A DNA stretch of 63,617 nucleotides, counting the filler, from Trichomonas gallinae (taxonomy: Eukaryota), in NCBI GenBank assembly GCA_008369845.1. It is 10 parts of 10 records of this genome, joined end to end, with 100 filler letters (N's around TTAATTAATTAA, not from the genome) between each part and the next. Parts side by side here need not be neighbours in the genome. Positions count along the whole stretch, not along the records: positions 29,375 to 36,618 come from MRSU01000498.1; positions 36,719 to 44,112 come from MRSU01000505.1; positions 44,213 to 52,957 come from MRSU01000507.1; 7 more parts are not named here. The stretch is one strand, 5' to 3'. This document shows positions 35,131-47,161 of the stretch, in pieces. The stretch's first letter is position 1, and every line of letters starts with the position of its first letter. The notes under the pieces were generated by a model. That model did no database searches. It was given only the letters and a program-made list of their open reading frames with translations, and was not told where the DNA came from. The position numbers were made by a program, and so were the translations under genes.

Positions 35131-35492
35131 CACTTTCGGGGTAGTTTTCATCAAAGACATCATTTCCACCATCAACGCCACCGTTTCCAACCACCATGAC
35201 TTCGAATTCCGGGCTCAATCTATGTCTGGTCTTCACCGTTCGCTCCAATATATAGATATAGCTTTAAAATAGCTTTAACAGAGATGTCACCGCGGACATA
35301 TGAATCTTTGCCACCTGAGTCTGGTCTAAGTGCAGCAAGGTTCTGGTATCGGCCGTCGCCGCCTTGTGAACCCCACAATTCAAGTCGGTAATTTCCTTTA
35401 TCGAAAACGACTTCGTATGGCGTACACTTCGTTGTGCTTGTACATGGATACTGTATCAGCAGTCTTCGCGATGATTTTTCTGTAACTTTCAT
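35131..35492 (-). pseudogene. Truncated Gly-rich family pseudogene, inverted paralog of 34083-34959
   Basis: YPCTSTTKCTPYEVVFDKGNYRLELWGSQGG..LYLYIGANGEDQT* stops prematurely. Homology continues a short way and breaks off near 35131. Confidence 0.75.
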
Positions 35493-36540
35493 CTTTTAAC
35501 TTTAACTTTTGCTTGTATATCAGACATGTGGCCTTTGAGTTCGGATTCGTGTTAATTCATGTTGAAAAGTATTGAAAAAAATGAGTTTTATCACAAATAA
35601 CGGAGCAATTGAATTTTCTGATAATGTGGATGCCATAATACGACAAAGTCGTTAAAATAGTTTGCATATGAACAAATAAAAGTAAGAAATAATCGATATT
35701 TAAAATAAATTTTTTAAATTGCTTTAAATCAAACTCTAAGCAAGCCAATTCTATTTCATTTGGCTAATACACCAAGTTTAATTAATTGGATTACCATATA
35801 ATGTTTGTAATTAATTCTTGCATCAAAGTTATTTAATTTTATTGACAATCAGTGTTGGGATAAAACTATAGCGTATTAGTTTAATGAATACAAGAAACTA
35901 TGGATATTCATGAATGAATAAATTTAATAAAGAATAATATCTATGTGGTAATGATATCTTTCATAATGAAGTTTATCTTATATTCAACGCCTATATATGT
36001 TTTCATACATTGATACAGTTTAAATCCGGTAAATAAAAAAGATCAAATTATTATGCGAAAAATCATATGAAAATCTTAATATAGTCATTATATTGAGTGA
36101 ATAGATGAAGCGTCAATACAAATTACAAATATTACACCTTATAATTTTTGGCCTAAAGGATGATAACAACTCAAAGCATTATCGCTCATGACTTAAATTA
36201 GGCGCGTGAATCCACACATTAACAAAGAAGCATATATTCATATTATTTATACCATAAATTCATCAAATAATTCGACTTGATGGATTAATTATGTATTATC
36301 AAGATAAAACGAAAATTTGTTCGTGCATCCAATTTTATACATATGCATGAAAAATATAAACATGTACTAACAAACTATCTTTTCCAAGAATATGTAGTAT
36401 CAATTAACATAATTTTTCGTTAAAATAATGAAAAATCTTCAATAAACTCTAAGTGGCTTGCAGTATATTAAACGAAGCATCACATTTGCACATTTTTGTA
36501 TACAGTCGATGATCTTCTAATGCAGAGTGCAAATTAAATT

Positions 36541-36795
36541 TACTGTTGCTCATTTTTTCGATGTCAGACAGCTTTTTCGATACGTATTCAATTTTTTTGG
36601 TCGTTTTTATTGGATATTNNNNNNNNNNNNNNNNNNNNNNNNNNNNNNNNNNNNNNNNNNNNTTAATTAATTAANNNNNNNNNNNNNNNNNNNNNNNNNN
36701 NNNNNNNNNNNNNNNNNNGTCCTGCCACTTTGGGTCCCAAGAAATTGAATACGTATCGAAAAAGCTGTCTGACATCAGAAAAACGGGGGACAGTA
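36541..36795. mobile_element. TA-flanked TIR DNA transposon or MITE spanning a gap
   Basis: Both ends read TA|CTGT. A 35-bp perfect inverted repeat lies at 36560-36594 and 36742-36776, at the same offset from each TA. Confidence 0.88.
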
Positions 36796-36928
36796 TTTCA
36801 GACCTCGAGTTGGTAACTAAAAAAATCCATCAATATCATTATTTCTTAATGCTTCATATGATATTTTTGTAAGTTCTTAGATATATTATCATGGACATAG
36901 GGGTTGAATATGAATAGGCTACAATTTC

Positions 36929-36964
36929 AAGAAATTCTGACATTGTAAAGTGTCAGAATTTCTT
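36929..36964. repeat. 14-bp perfect inverted repeat with 8-nt spacer
   Basis: AAGAAATTCTGACA-N8-TGTCAGAATTTCTT. Confidence 0.85.
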
Positions 36965-37450
36965 AAAAAGTGGTGTTTTCGACAAATAATGCTTCCAGAG
37001 CTCACCACTTTAGGCCTTTTATATATAACTCTCATATTTTTGTCAGAATTTTGTAATGAAAAAGTTCTGAAAAGAACCAAAAATTTAGATTTGTGTTTTT
37101 CAGACTGGTTTAATCATGGGATAAATAATTTGTTTCAATTAATTCTTTGAATTAATAATCTCCAATTCATTATAAATTAATGAAATAAACATATGGACGG
37201 AACAAATCTTATTTTTTGCTCAAAATAACTGTACACTTTTCAGAGCGTTATTTTTATAAATGATCTAAAAATTTTAAGCTATTATGCGTAATATGCACAA
37301 AATCATCCATAAATCCGATTAACAAAAGAAATTTTCTGAAGTTTCTCTTTTTCAAAAATTGGTTTTCAATTCCAATAATTATAGTTTTAGGATACAGTTC
37401 ATCTATATTATCAATATATTTTTGAAATTCAATTTTCATTTTTCTAATAA

Positions 37451-38026
37451 ATGTTTAGCTTGTTTCTAGCTATTCACGCTAAGTCAATTCTCCAAAATGA
37501 TCTACATGGAAATACACAACCAGCAAAACCGCTTTCATATCAGAGATCCATGAATAAAAACCTAGAGCCGATCAATATTGAGATTCCTGAAAAAATTCAA
37601 CAGTTAGCTCGGAATGACACAGATGGCAAACAAGCCATTGCAAATCAATCAAATTCCAGTGAGTTTGCTTTTGCATCTGAATCAACTACAAATGATAAAC
37701 CACTCCAGACAGAGAAAACAGACAAAAAAACTATTTTAATAATTGTTGGAACGGTAGTAGCTGTGGTTTTAGCTATTGTTCTAGCTTTAATCATTTATTT
37801 ATTGATTTCTAAACGTAAAGATAAATCAGCTTCTGCATCAGCATCATCAGCAACACATTCATCAATACCAGATGAAATGGAAATGGTTGAATACACAAAA
37901 GAATTCGACTCTGAAGATACTTTGCATTTCACAATGAGTGCACCAGTGATGAAGAGCATCGCAGATAATACATATCAAGATGGATCTGATATTTCAGATG
38001 TTTATATGGAGAAATCTGAAGCATAA
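37451..38026 (+). CDS. Single-pass type I membrane protein with acidic cytoplasmic tail
   Basis: Short signal-like N-terminus MFSLFLAI. TM ILIIVGTVVAVVLAIVLALIIYLLI followed by KRK and an acidic tail. Confidence 0.85.
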   Translation: MFSLFLAIHAKSILQNDLHGNTQPAKPLSYQRSMNKNLEPINIEIPEKIQQLARNDTDGKQAIANQSNSSEFAFASESTTNDKPLQTEKTDKKTILIIVGTVVAVVLAIVLALIIYLLISKRKDKSASASASSATHSSIPDEMEMVEYTKEFDSEDTLHFTMSAPVMKSIADNTYQDGSDISDVYMEKSEA

Positions 38027-38470
38027 CAGAATTCAATAATAAAATGTTTTTGTTTTAGTATAGTTAATATCATTCTATTTATAAACTTTTTTGCCATAGC
38101 TATTAACTCTAAGATCAAACAGATATATCATCTGTGAAAACAAAATTATCAAATCGAAATCTTAATAATTTTACATGAAATTCTATATATTCATCATAAT
38201 ATATTGCTGCTTTATATATGTGCTGTGCATTACATTTGTATTCTTATCGAAAAAATCTATATTGATTGAAAATCAAAATAACTTCGAGATTATATGCGAG
38301 TTATATATGATTTTCTTTTTGTAATGAGATTAAATTCGGATAGAAATATATATTACATTAATAATATTCTTCAAGGAAAAACTAGATTTTCCATATTTTT
38401 TTCCTAACGGTAATATGGTATTATTTTGTAGGGAAAAAGCTTATATGCATGCATATATTTCTTAAATGAG

Positions 38471-41170
38471 ATGAAAAAACAAAATAAGAATCATAAATTT
38501 TCGATGTCAATTCCACCACTGCAAAATCTAATTTTTCCAAAATCATATACTCCCAAAGCCGTAATGGAGGCCAACCTGGACTCTACGAGCGTCCTATGCA
38601 CGAGAGATGATACGGATTACGAGATTAGAATTTTTGCGATCGAAGAAGTTGCATTAAAATGCAAAAAATGGAATGAAAATTTATCAAATATCGATGGTGA
38701 ATTGAAAAATCGAATTATCTTCCCGGAATTTCAAATTTTACCAAATCAAAAATATTGCTCGATAAGAAAATTTCATTCTAGGACTTTGGAAGCTCTAATT
38801 TTCTTCGAAGATACTCTTTTCCCTGAAGAAAAGCATGCTATTTGCATCCAAATCGTTAGTATTTTTTCATTATTGCCTCATGGCATCAAATTTCCATTCC
38901 TTCCTTCAAGATTTCTCGTTTATGAAGATCTTTATGTATGCCTTACTGATTTATACGAGCCAAATCCAGTAGACGAAGAAGCTTTCGAAATGGGATATTA
39001 TAAACCAAATACAACAATGATAAATCTACTTCACTCAATAATTATGAAAATATGGCGAGTAGATCTTACGACAGCCGAAAAATATCGCGAAAATTACTAC
39101 AATGCATTATTTCCTGATGAAAATCATCCAATTGATGAAAAATTCTGTCCATCATGGTGCCAACATTTTCTCAATGTCCACAGGAAGAACATGCCAATAT
39201 CTAAACTCCCTCCTCTTTTGATTTTCGACATTCACAGAGGAAACATTATATCTTCTTCACCCGCAGAAGTCGTTAAAGCTTTGTCAAACATTTCAGATGA
39301 TGTGAGCAAGATAACTGCAACACATTACAGTTCTACTAAGACAGAAAGGGAATCGCAAGAAGACGAGATTAAAAAAGATGAGATAATAAGAAAAAGAGTT
39401 TGTCCGATTATCAAAGAAATGTCAGAATCAACGAATGATTTAGTCAAAGCATTATCTTTCTTCATCATTGTCAAAATCAAGAAATACTTCGCTAATCATC
39501 GTAGAAACAACGTGGTCCAAATGCACAGATCAAACTCTGAATACCAGATTGTGAACAAAAACAATAGCGAACAAAAATTACATTTGGAGATGCTAAGGAT
39601 ATTGTATCAAATTTTGACGCACGATAATCCATCGTCCAGCTTTATAAGTCACTGCGTTTTGCCATCAATACTTGCAATGAAGCCTGATATGGCAACTGAT
39701 ATATTAGTGACTGCAATAAAGAATACAGATATAGATGAACAAGACGAATTAATCGTCCAACTATCAAATATTTTAAGAATGGTTAAATCTCGGGCAACAA
39801 AAATCCAAATTATAGACTTATTGAAAGTCACTGATGCATTGTTCAATTCATTACAGGCTGTCAATCCAGATGACTTCAATCCTGATGTTGTCATTTCAAA
39901 AATGTCTGCGCAATTATTCACACAAAGCCAACTGAGATTTTTGATACATGTGTCAAAAACTGCCTCCGTTCCACTTTTGATGCGCTTTTCGCTGAAAGAA
40001 GCAATGGACGCTCCTACTCTTCAATCCCTAGTTAGAGCATTAGTCATCAGGCTCTCAAAGAGAGTGCATCCCGCAAGTCTAGCTGCAATAGCTCCAGTAT
40101 ACAACGAAAACAATAAATTCATGATTACGCCTAAACCGCTGAAAGAAGAAGAATATGGTCCATGTGAGTCTTTGGTTTCATCATGGGCTGCACCATCTCA
40201 GAAACCACAGTTCAGACCAGTAGTTGCTGAGAACTGGAAATCATCTCCAATTATCATATCAACAGGTAATGCAAAAGCCATCGCTTTTACAACAGATTCA
40301 CGATTTTTGATTGCAGCTGGAATTAATATCGAAATGTTCAGATTAGAATCAATTAAAAATCATGCCATAGATTTCGGACGTCTGCCAACTAAAGTGACTT
40401 TGCCTGATCCGGCCACATGCATCGCTACAGTGCCAGGATACATATATATCGGAACAGAAAAAAGTTTATACAGATGTCAGGTTTTCGATAAAATAGAAAA
40501 ACCTGTTCTACAGAAACTATCTGATTTTGAATCTCCTATAACATGCATTGAGAGAATAAGTGACTCATACTTGCTGATATTTACTCTGAAGGATGGATCT
40601 GTCTACGCTTGCATGGATGATCATTTCCAGTATTACTACAAAATCCCAGAACACATGGGCCGCCCGATTTCGATCTGCAGCTTGCAACAGAAGAACGAAT
40701 ACATGATCGGCACAGATCAAGGATACATAATGTCCAGGAGCATAACATTGATGTGTCCAATAAAAATCGCTAGAGTTTCAAACATGCCCGCTTGCATCAA
40801 AAAATATGACGTGGAGAGTGTTGTAATAACAGCCGGACCATTTGCTTCCATCATTGACAGGAAGCTTTCAAAGGTAATTATCGGATTCACTCAACCTCCT
40901 TCTCATGCACGATGCTGCTGTGTTGTAGGAAGGACATTGGTGACAGCTCATTCAGACGGAAACATGTACACGTGGGTAGATGGAAAGATTTATTCTTTGA
41001 TTGACGGAAGCTATCAGAGAGCACAAAGCGAATACATCTGGCAAGCTAAGCCAAGCAGTGCGGAGCCAATACACAAGTCTTCTGTCGTTAGCTTGATCAA
41101 TATTCCAGCTCTCACAGCAGCAGTCAGCCTCGATGAAGATGGCGTCGCAATAATATGGTCAATAATATAG
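38471..41170 (+). CDS. Vps15/PIK3R4-like protein (degenerate kinase fold, HEAT, WD40)
   Basis: IRKFHSRTLEALI..EEKHAICIQIV..FLVYEDLYVCLTD resembles the Vps15 kinase region, with a helical middle and WD40-like C-terminus. The start may be 38504. Confidence 0.65.
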   Translation: MKKQNKNHKFSMSIPPLQNLIFPKSYTPKAVMEANLDSTSVLCTRDDTDYEIRIFAIEEVALKCKKWNENLSNIDGELKNRIIFPEFQILPNQKYCSIRKFHSRTLEALIFFEDTLFPEEKHAICIQIVSIFSLLPHGIKFPFLPSRFLVYEDLYVCLTDLYEPNPVDEEAFEMGYYKPNTTMINLLHSIIMKIWRVDLTTAEKYRENYYNALFPDENHPIDEKFCPSWCQHFLNVHRKNMPISKLPPLLIFDIHRGNIISSSPAEVVKALSNISDDVSKITATHYSSTKTERESQEDEIKKDEIIRKRVCPIIKEMSESTNDLVKALSFFIIVKIKKYFANHRRNNVVQMHRSNSEYQIVNKNNSEQKLHLEMLRILYQILTHDNPSSSFISHCVLPSILAMKPDMATDILVTAIKNTDIDEQDELIVQLSNILRMVKSRATKIQIIDLLKVTDALFNSLQAVNPDDFNPDVVISKMSAQLFTQSQLRFLIHVSKTASVPLLMRFSLKEAMDAPTLQSLVRALVIRLSKRVHPASLAAIAPVYNENNKFMITPKPLKEEEYGPCESLVSSWAAPSQKPQFRPVVAENWKSSPIIISTGNAKAIAFTTDSRFLIAAGINIEMFRLESIKNHAIDFGRLPTKVTLPDPATCIATVPGYIYIGTEKSLYRCQVFDKIEKPVLQKLSDFESPITCIERISDSYLLIFTLKDGSVYACMDDHFQYYYKIPEHMGRPISICSLQQKNEYMIGTDQGYIMSRSITLMCPIKIARVSNMPACIKKYDVESVVITAGPFASIIDRKLSKVIIGFTQPPSHARCCCVVGRTLVTAHSDGNMYTWVDGKIYSLIDGSYQRAQSEYIWQAKPSSAEPIHKSSVVSLINIPALTAAVSLDEDGVAIIWSII

Positions 41171-41804
41171 ATTGTAATGTTTTTATTTAAATATGTTGTT
41201 TATCTATAACTTTTGCTAATATATACCAAAAATAGCTCATATAAAGAAGAAATCAGGATCAAGAAGATCGATATATTAATCAATCATTTAAAGAGTATGA
41301 CTAGAAAATAGTCATTCTCATATTAGATTTTTTAACTTCACTAATCCATAACTGCATTATTCATCTCCACTATATTTAGACAAGGTACTTTGCATATGAA
41401 TCATCTATTTGGTACTGAACTTTATCTGGAAGTTTCATTACCATTTTTTTTTCCCCCATATAGATATTAAAGCAGACAAAGAGTGTTGATATATAGATGC
41501 TAACATTATGTCTTAAGTGTCACATCTTATAATCATTATAAAAAGAAAAACAATAAGATTTAATGTATGCGAAAAAGAGTGAGCAAAAAAGATCTATTTT
41601 TCTCAGAAATGGTGTGGACTATTTCCTCAATTCTCTAATATTAGCATATATTCATGCCTTATATTCTATATTTTAGTAGGTAATGTTTTATAATTTGCAA
41701 ATAATTTTTTGATGTGTAAACCAGATTTACAAATTGTAAACTAAAACGTGACAATATTGTAAAGGATTTTTGACATGTAAGATATATGTAAATGTCAAAT
41801 ATTC

Positions 41805-43667
41805 ATGGATGATTTGCTGAAGAAGAAAAACGTATGTTTGGATGAACTCCTTCATAACCAAGATGTGCAGTACGAATATCGAATGAAGAATCCGAAATTA
41901 CTCGCAATTATCATGAAAAAGCAAAATTTATTAAAATTAATCGAAACTTTTCAAAAATCATTAGACAAAGTCATACTAAAACGAATTATTGGGCTCTGTA
42001 TTTCACCAAACCAGATGATTATAATGGAAATCGGTCAAGATTCCGAACTAACACACGCATTTTTAAAAGTTTTAGAGTCGCCTTTAAATTATCACAGATT
42101 TATCGTAAGTTCTATATGTAACATATACACAAAGATCATAGAACTCGCAACAGACAACGTTTTTAAAATATTTTCAGTTTCAGATTTTTTATTTTCATCA
42201 ATTCTACGACAAATTCATCTGCCAGCTGTTTTCCAGCTCGCAGCAAAGCTTTGCTTATACTCTTCTAAATCAGAACCAATAATTTGGGCAATTTTACAAA
42301 GTTTATTAGGAAATCATGGCATTGGAACGAGTTTGCCTAAAAGATTTTCTTCTTTAGGCATCATTAAAGGTGGAAATGTTAATCTTTATCAAGAACAAAG
42401 AATTAGAGCAATCGAATTATTAATCATCTATTTTACATCGATAAATGGAAATTTTGTCGGCGCTGATGAATTATTCACAGCAGTAAGCGAATGTTTGCCG
42501 CTGCTTATAATGGATTCTTCAACAGATTACGAAAGATCTTTAGTTTTTCGTTTAGGACTTCTTTTGCAGCCATCATCAGCACTAGGTTACAGTGCTGTCT
42601 CCATTATCAATAGTTTTGGTTGCACAGATGTTTTACTTGTCGCAGCAATAGAATACATTACATCTTTCGACGTTTTCGTTGGCCCGCGTTCCATAGAGTT
42701 GTTCTTATACAGGCTGCTGCACAGGTATCATAAAAACAATTTTCTCTTGATTGCGTCGTGCAGGATGATAACAAAATGCGTCTCAATGCAAAGGAATAAT
42801 TCAGAATTGCTGAAAAATCTTCGCGGATTGATATTGAGATGCTATAAAACTGAGAAATTATCATTACTGGTCAGAGCATTTAAAGGACCTCTTCTTTCGG
42901 CAGCAGATGGAATAGAACTCGATCCATTATCGAAAAAGTGCACTGACGACATTTTCAATGCTAGACTCAATAACGACAAAACTAGTCCAGACATAGAGGA
43001 CAGAGTGAGAGAGTACAGGACTAAAGCGAGAGCAATCGACGAAGGAAGATCAAGTATCATGCTTATTTACGACGCAAAAACTTTGTGGAGAGATGAAGCG
43101 AAAAAATATTCCGAGAAATTTTTAAGTATCGAAAAAATCAATGTTCAAAAGATGCCAGCTGAGATTCCACCTTCTTCTCCATCTGCCCGCAGCCAAGCAA
43201 CTCTTGGAAGAAGAGGATCATCATCTTCAGATGAATTCTTTTTAGAGGAAATCGATGTAACCGATCCTTATCCATTCGACAAGATAGAATTCAGAGAAGT
43301 TCAACAGGCATCGAAAGCACCTCTTACAAAACAGTTGCCGCCTATAACAGTCTTGGAAACAACGAAAGAGCCACTTCCAGCTTCGCCAATCAAAATAGAA
43401 GAGCCAATGATTCCTAAGGCATCCAAAGTGACAACTCCAAGAGCGAAAAAGTCGGTTTTCATTGAACCAATAGAAGCAGATGATATCACACTCGATGCTC
43501 CATCGAGGCCTCCTGTCATTGTAATTCCTGATGATAAAGAAGAAGAGATTAGTGAAGATGAGTTACGAAAGTTGATAACAAAACAACTACAAAGCATTTC
43601 AGCGTCAGAGTCATCAATCACACTAATGATAAGCAACTCTGTTGAATTCTCTATCAACGAAATCTAA
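41805..43667 (+). CDS. SIT4/PP6 phosphatase-associated (SAPS-like) protein
   Basis: N-terminus DDLLKKKNVCLDELLHNQDVQYEYRMKNPKLL matches the SAPS N-terminal pattern. Disordered acidic C-terminus. Confidence 0.65.
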   Translation: MDDLLKKKNVCLDELLHNQDVQYEYRMKNPKLLAIIMKKQNLLKLIETFQKSLDKVILKRIIGLCISPNQMIIMEIGQDSELTHAFLKVLESPLNYHRFIVSSICNIYTKIIELATDNVFKIFSVSDFLFSSILRQIHLPAVFQLAAKLCLYSSKSEPIIWAILQSLLGNHGIGTSLPKRFSSLGIIKGGNVNLYQEQRIRAIELLIIYFTSINGNFVGADELFTAVSECLPLLIMDSSTDYERSLVFRLGLLLQPSSALGYSAVSIINSFGCTDVLLVAAIEYITSFDVFVGPRSIELFLYRLLHRYHKNNFLLIASCRMITKCVSMQRNNSELLKNLRGLILRCYKTEKLSLLVRAFKGPLLSAADGIELDPLSKKCTDDIFNARLNNDKTSPDIEDRVREYRTKARAIDEGRSSIMLIYDAKTLWRDEAKKYSEKFLSIEKINVQKMPAEIPPSSPSARSQATLGRRGSSSSDEFFLEEIDVTDPYPFDKIEFREVQQASKAPLTKQLPPITVLETTKEPLPASPIKIEEPMIPKASKVTTPRAKKSVFIEPIEADDITLDAPSRPPVIVIPDDKEEEISEDELRKLITKQLQSISASESSITLMISNSVEFSINEI

Positions 43668-43899
43668 TTTTATACTAATAAAAATGTTTGTTATTTATAT
43701 TATATATATTAAATAAGGTCATGATTTTTTTTTGTAATATAACAACATGTTATAATTTTCATTGTTACTGAGCATGTTATATAATTTGCTTTTCCACGTG
43801 ATATTTAGAGTGATGTATTTGATATAAAAAGTTAAATAAAAGTAATTTATTTCATGATCAAAAAATAATTGAGAAAAGATGTTCCAAGGAATATCTACA

Positions 43900-44112
43900 T
43901 CATTCTTCCACATCGCCATCAGAGACTTCCATGGTTTCTCCTGAATCTACTTCTTCGGAAAATTCATTCTCAAGCTCATCAGGTGTTGATGTTTTTGGTG
44001 ATTCTGGATCATCTGATGATATTTCGAACGTCTCGCCAGAATCCATTTGTTCTGGATATTCTTCAAGTTCACCTTCTGTTCTTGTTGATATGGATTCGGA
44101 ATATGATGATGA
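43900..44112 (-). CDS. Acidic C-terminal fragment of a gene truncated by the gap
   Basis: Minus-strand frame SSSYSESISTRTEGELEEY..VSDGDVEE* ends at TGA 43902-43900. It is absent from the ORF track because it has no start. Confidence 0.6.
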   Translation of the reverse strand, partial: SSSYSESISTRTEGELEEYPEQMDSGETFEISSDDPESPKTSTPDELENEFSEEVDSGETMEVSDGDVEE

Positions 44113-44214
44113 NNNNNNNNNNNNNNNNNNNNNNNNNNNNNNNNNNNNNNNNNNNNTTAATTAATTAANNNNNNNNNNNNNNNNNNNNNNNNNNNNNNNN
44201 NNNNNNNNNNNNCA

Positions 44215-44811
44215 TTCACACATTCATCTACTCCTTCAATAACACCTTCATCTACTCCTTCATTCACACATTCATCTACTCCTTCATTCACATATTCATT
44301 TACTCCTTCAATAACACTTTCATCTACTCCTTCAATAACACCTTCATCCACTGTAGCTATTACATTTAATGATATTCCAAAACAATCACAGAATATTGAA
44401 TACTCTCATTCTGAATTTCGCTTGCCTTCAAGAACTCCAGATGAAACGCCGACATCAAAAATAAATGCAAATATAATTGACACAAAAGGAACTAAAGAGA
44501 ATAATAGCAGCATGCAAAAGAAGAATACTCCTTGGGGTGTAGTTATTGGGGTTGCATGTGGAATAACATTATTTGCTATTGCTGCTGCAATTATTATTTT
44601 GACAATAATTAAAAGATCAGGAGAAGAGTCTGAGACTTCTGATGCTGAAATGGCTGAGGAGACAGTTGTTGGAATTAGTACAGACGGTCTATGCGTTACG
44701 GTCGACAATCCTCTTTTCTCCACTACCGTAATTCAATCTGATATTGATCCATTTATGAATGATTTCGAAGCAGACGATGTTCCAGATTTATTAAATATAG
44801 AAACTTCTTAG
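44215..44811 (+). CDS. Mucin-stalk single-pass surface protein, 5' partial (array member 1)
   Basis: The frame is open from the gap: STPS repeats, TM WGVVIGVACGITLFAIAAAIIILTII, tail with VDNPLF and DPF. Confidence 0.85.
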   Translation, partial: FTHSSTPSITPSSTPSFTHSSTPSFTYSFTPSITLSSTPSITPSSTVAITFNDIPKQSQNIEYSHSEFRLPSRTPDETPTSKINANIIDTKGTKENNSSMQKKNTPWGVVIGVACGITLFAIAAAIIILTIIKRSGEESETSDAEMAEETVVGISTDGLCVTVDNPLFSTTVIQSDIDPFMNDFEADDVPDLLNIETS

Positions 44812-45276
44812 AAGAATAAAACTACAAATTACTATCTACAGTTTAGTTTGCTTTATTGTTCTCGCTTATATGCATTTAACTTTTATTTTGTTGAAATCGG
44901 ATCACTTGTATGTTTAAATATATATGTAATTTTATTTTAAATGATAGATATACTTTATTTCAATCCATTAAAAAAAAAAAAAAAAAACATGATTGCTTCA
45001 GGATGCTTCCCAGCATTTTCCTTCAATTTCCAATATATTTAAAAATTGATTAAATGGTTACAGGAATATGTGAATAAAAATGTCATAATAAATTCAGAGT
45101 ACTTTCAAAAATTTGAATTAATATCGTTTAGTGATCCCCAATTATTTTATACATCATGTATGCTATATTTCATATCATTTATAATAAGCGGATTAAATCG
45201 GAAATAAACTGAAAAAGTTGCAACATATTTTCTAAATACAAATTTGTTTGGCCATTTGTCAGGAGCTTCGTAATTC

Positions 45277-46482
45277 ATGATTTTCCTAGCATTGGCCACA
45301 GTACTGCAGCTAAATCTACTAGATCAACCAGATAAATGTCCCGAGAATGGTGGATATTTCTTTCCTTTGCTTTATGTTACTGGTAATTTTTCCAGACAAA
45401 ATACATATGCACCGAGAACATTGATTAATGGGACAATTTATGTAACTGTTAAGACTGGAAAAAAACAGACAATAGTTCTAAATTTTCCGAATGATACGAA
45501 AGAACATTTATTAACATTTGGGAATAAAGATAAAACAAAGAATATTCCATTCAATTATACAACACCAGATATACCAAAATATTATAATGTTACTTTTAAG
45601 GCTTCTCAGAAATATATCGAAAATTGTATTACCATTGTTTCTAAAAATGTTACGGTAGTTGATATTCTTCCAGAACCAACACCAAATATAACTCCAATAA
45701 CAACTATATTAACTCCGTCAATTACTCCTTTAACAACTCCAAGTATAACACCCTCAATAACATCAAAAATAACACCAAGCATAACACCATCAATAACTCC
45801 AAGTATGACACCATCAATAACACTAAGCACAACACCATCAATAACACCAATCATAACACCATCAATAACTCCAAATATAACACCAACAATAACTCCAAGT
45901 ATGACACCATCATCAACACCAAGTCTAACACCATCAAAAACTTTCTCAGTCACACCAAGCTCAACATACTTAACGACCCCTTCAACTACCTCGTCTCCAA
46001 CAACAGGAACAACAACAACACCATCAATAACACCCAGTGCGACCAAAATAACTTCTCCATCATCAACACCGATCTCAACTTTTTCCCCAACACCAACAAC
46101 AGCTTCCAGTATAACGACACATCCAACTCAACAAACAACACCATCAATAACACCAACAGTTTTTCCAAGTATGACTTATTCTGATACAACTAGCACAGAT
46201 AGCGGACAAGATGGTTCGGCAACAAAGAAAAAGATCCGATCAATAATTGTCGTTGTAGTTGTGTGCGTTATCGCTCTTCTCATCATTGTTGGAGCTGTTC
46301 TGAGTTTTATTTATCTACGAAGCACTGTTTCAGAGTTGGAAACAGAAGCAGAAACTGAAGAGGGTGAACCAGAGACAATCATTGGTATTCGAAACACAGA
46401 TAATACGCAAACATTTGATAATCCTCTATTTTCATCTCTCAATTATGAAGATGATCCTTTCGCAACTGTTTTCTCTCAATAA
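45277..46482 (+). CDS. Ig-like + TPS mucin-stalk single-pass surface protein (member 2)
   Basis: Signal-like N-terminus, beta-rich domain, ITPS repeats, TM, tail FDNPLF..DDPF. Confidence 0.9.
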   Translation: MIFLALATVLQLNLLDQPDKCPENGGYFFPLLYVTGNFSRQNTYAPRTLINGTIYVTVKTGKKQTIVLNFPNDTKEHLLTFGNKDKTKNIPFNYTTPDIPKYYNVTFKASQKYIENCITIVSKNVTVVDILPEPTPNITPITTILTPSITPLTTPSITPSITSKITPSITPSITPSMTPSITLSTTPSITPIITPSITPNITPTITPSMTPSSTPSLTPSKTFSVTPSSTYLTTPSTTSSPTTGTTTTPSITPSATKITSPSSTPISTFSPTPTTASSITTHPTQQTTPSITPTVFPSMTYSDTTSTDSGQDGSATKKKIRSIIVVVVVCVIALLIIVGAVLSFIYLRSTVSELETEAETEEGEPETIIGIRNTDNTQTFDNPLFSSLNYEDDPFATVFSQ

Positions 46483-47161
46483 TGTTTTCCCTATTTTTGT
46501 ATTCTTTTCTTTATTCCATGTAAATATGTTAGTTTTGATCTATTTCTTCATGAAATATTATCATGTCTTGACACAATCTTGCTTTCTGACATCTTTTTTT
46601 AAACTAAAAATAAAACCATTAATATTAGGTGAAAAAGACTCAGTTATGTTAAACTCAAGCTTGCTAATCCATTTTACAGAATATGATCATGTAAATATAT
46701 ATTTTAATCTATGATAGATTTAATTCAGTCTTCAAATGGGAAATTAGTATTGGTTATTGTTATGACAGAAGAATCAAGCAAAATTGGAGTATATACGTTG
46801 GGCAGGAGTTCAAATTAATTTTTTGTGTCGTGAGTGGACAAATGAACCTGAATTTAATTTTTGCAAAAACAGCTTAATAAAACATAACTTATCGTTTAAT
46901 GAGACTATATTCATGTCATTGTAAAAATTCAGTACTCTTTCAAAAAATTTGAAAATCTATCGTTTTATGATCTCCAATTATTTTATACGTTGGAAATCCC
47001 AAATTGTTCGCTAATTAATAATGAAAAAATCGTGACAAAATTGAATGAAATTTGATCCCAAATATTTTTTGTAAAAGTTTATTAAAATCATTATTCGATA
47101 ATAATTGTTAAAAATCGGATGATTACGAATCGTTTTTGAAAGACCACTTTTTGGCAGTGAA

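Noticed and set aside
42047..42058. ACTAACACACGC near-match to the intron motif
   Set aside because: It lacks the terminal AG and lies inside an uninterrupted CDS.
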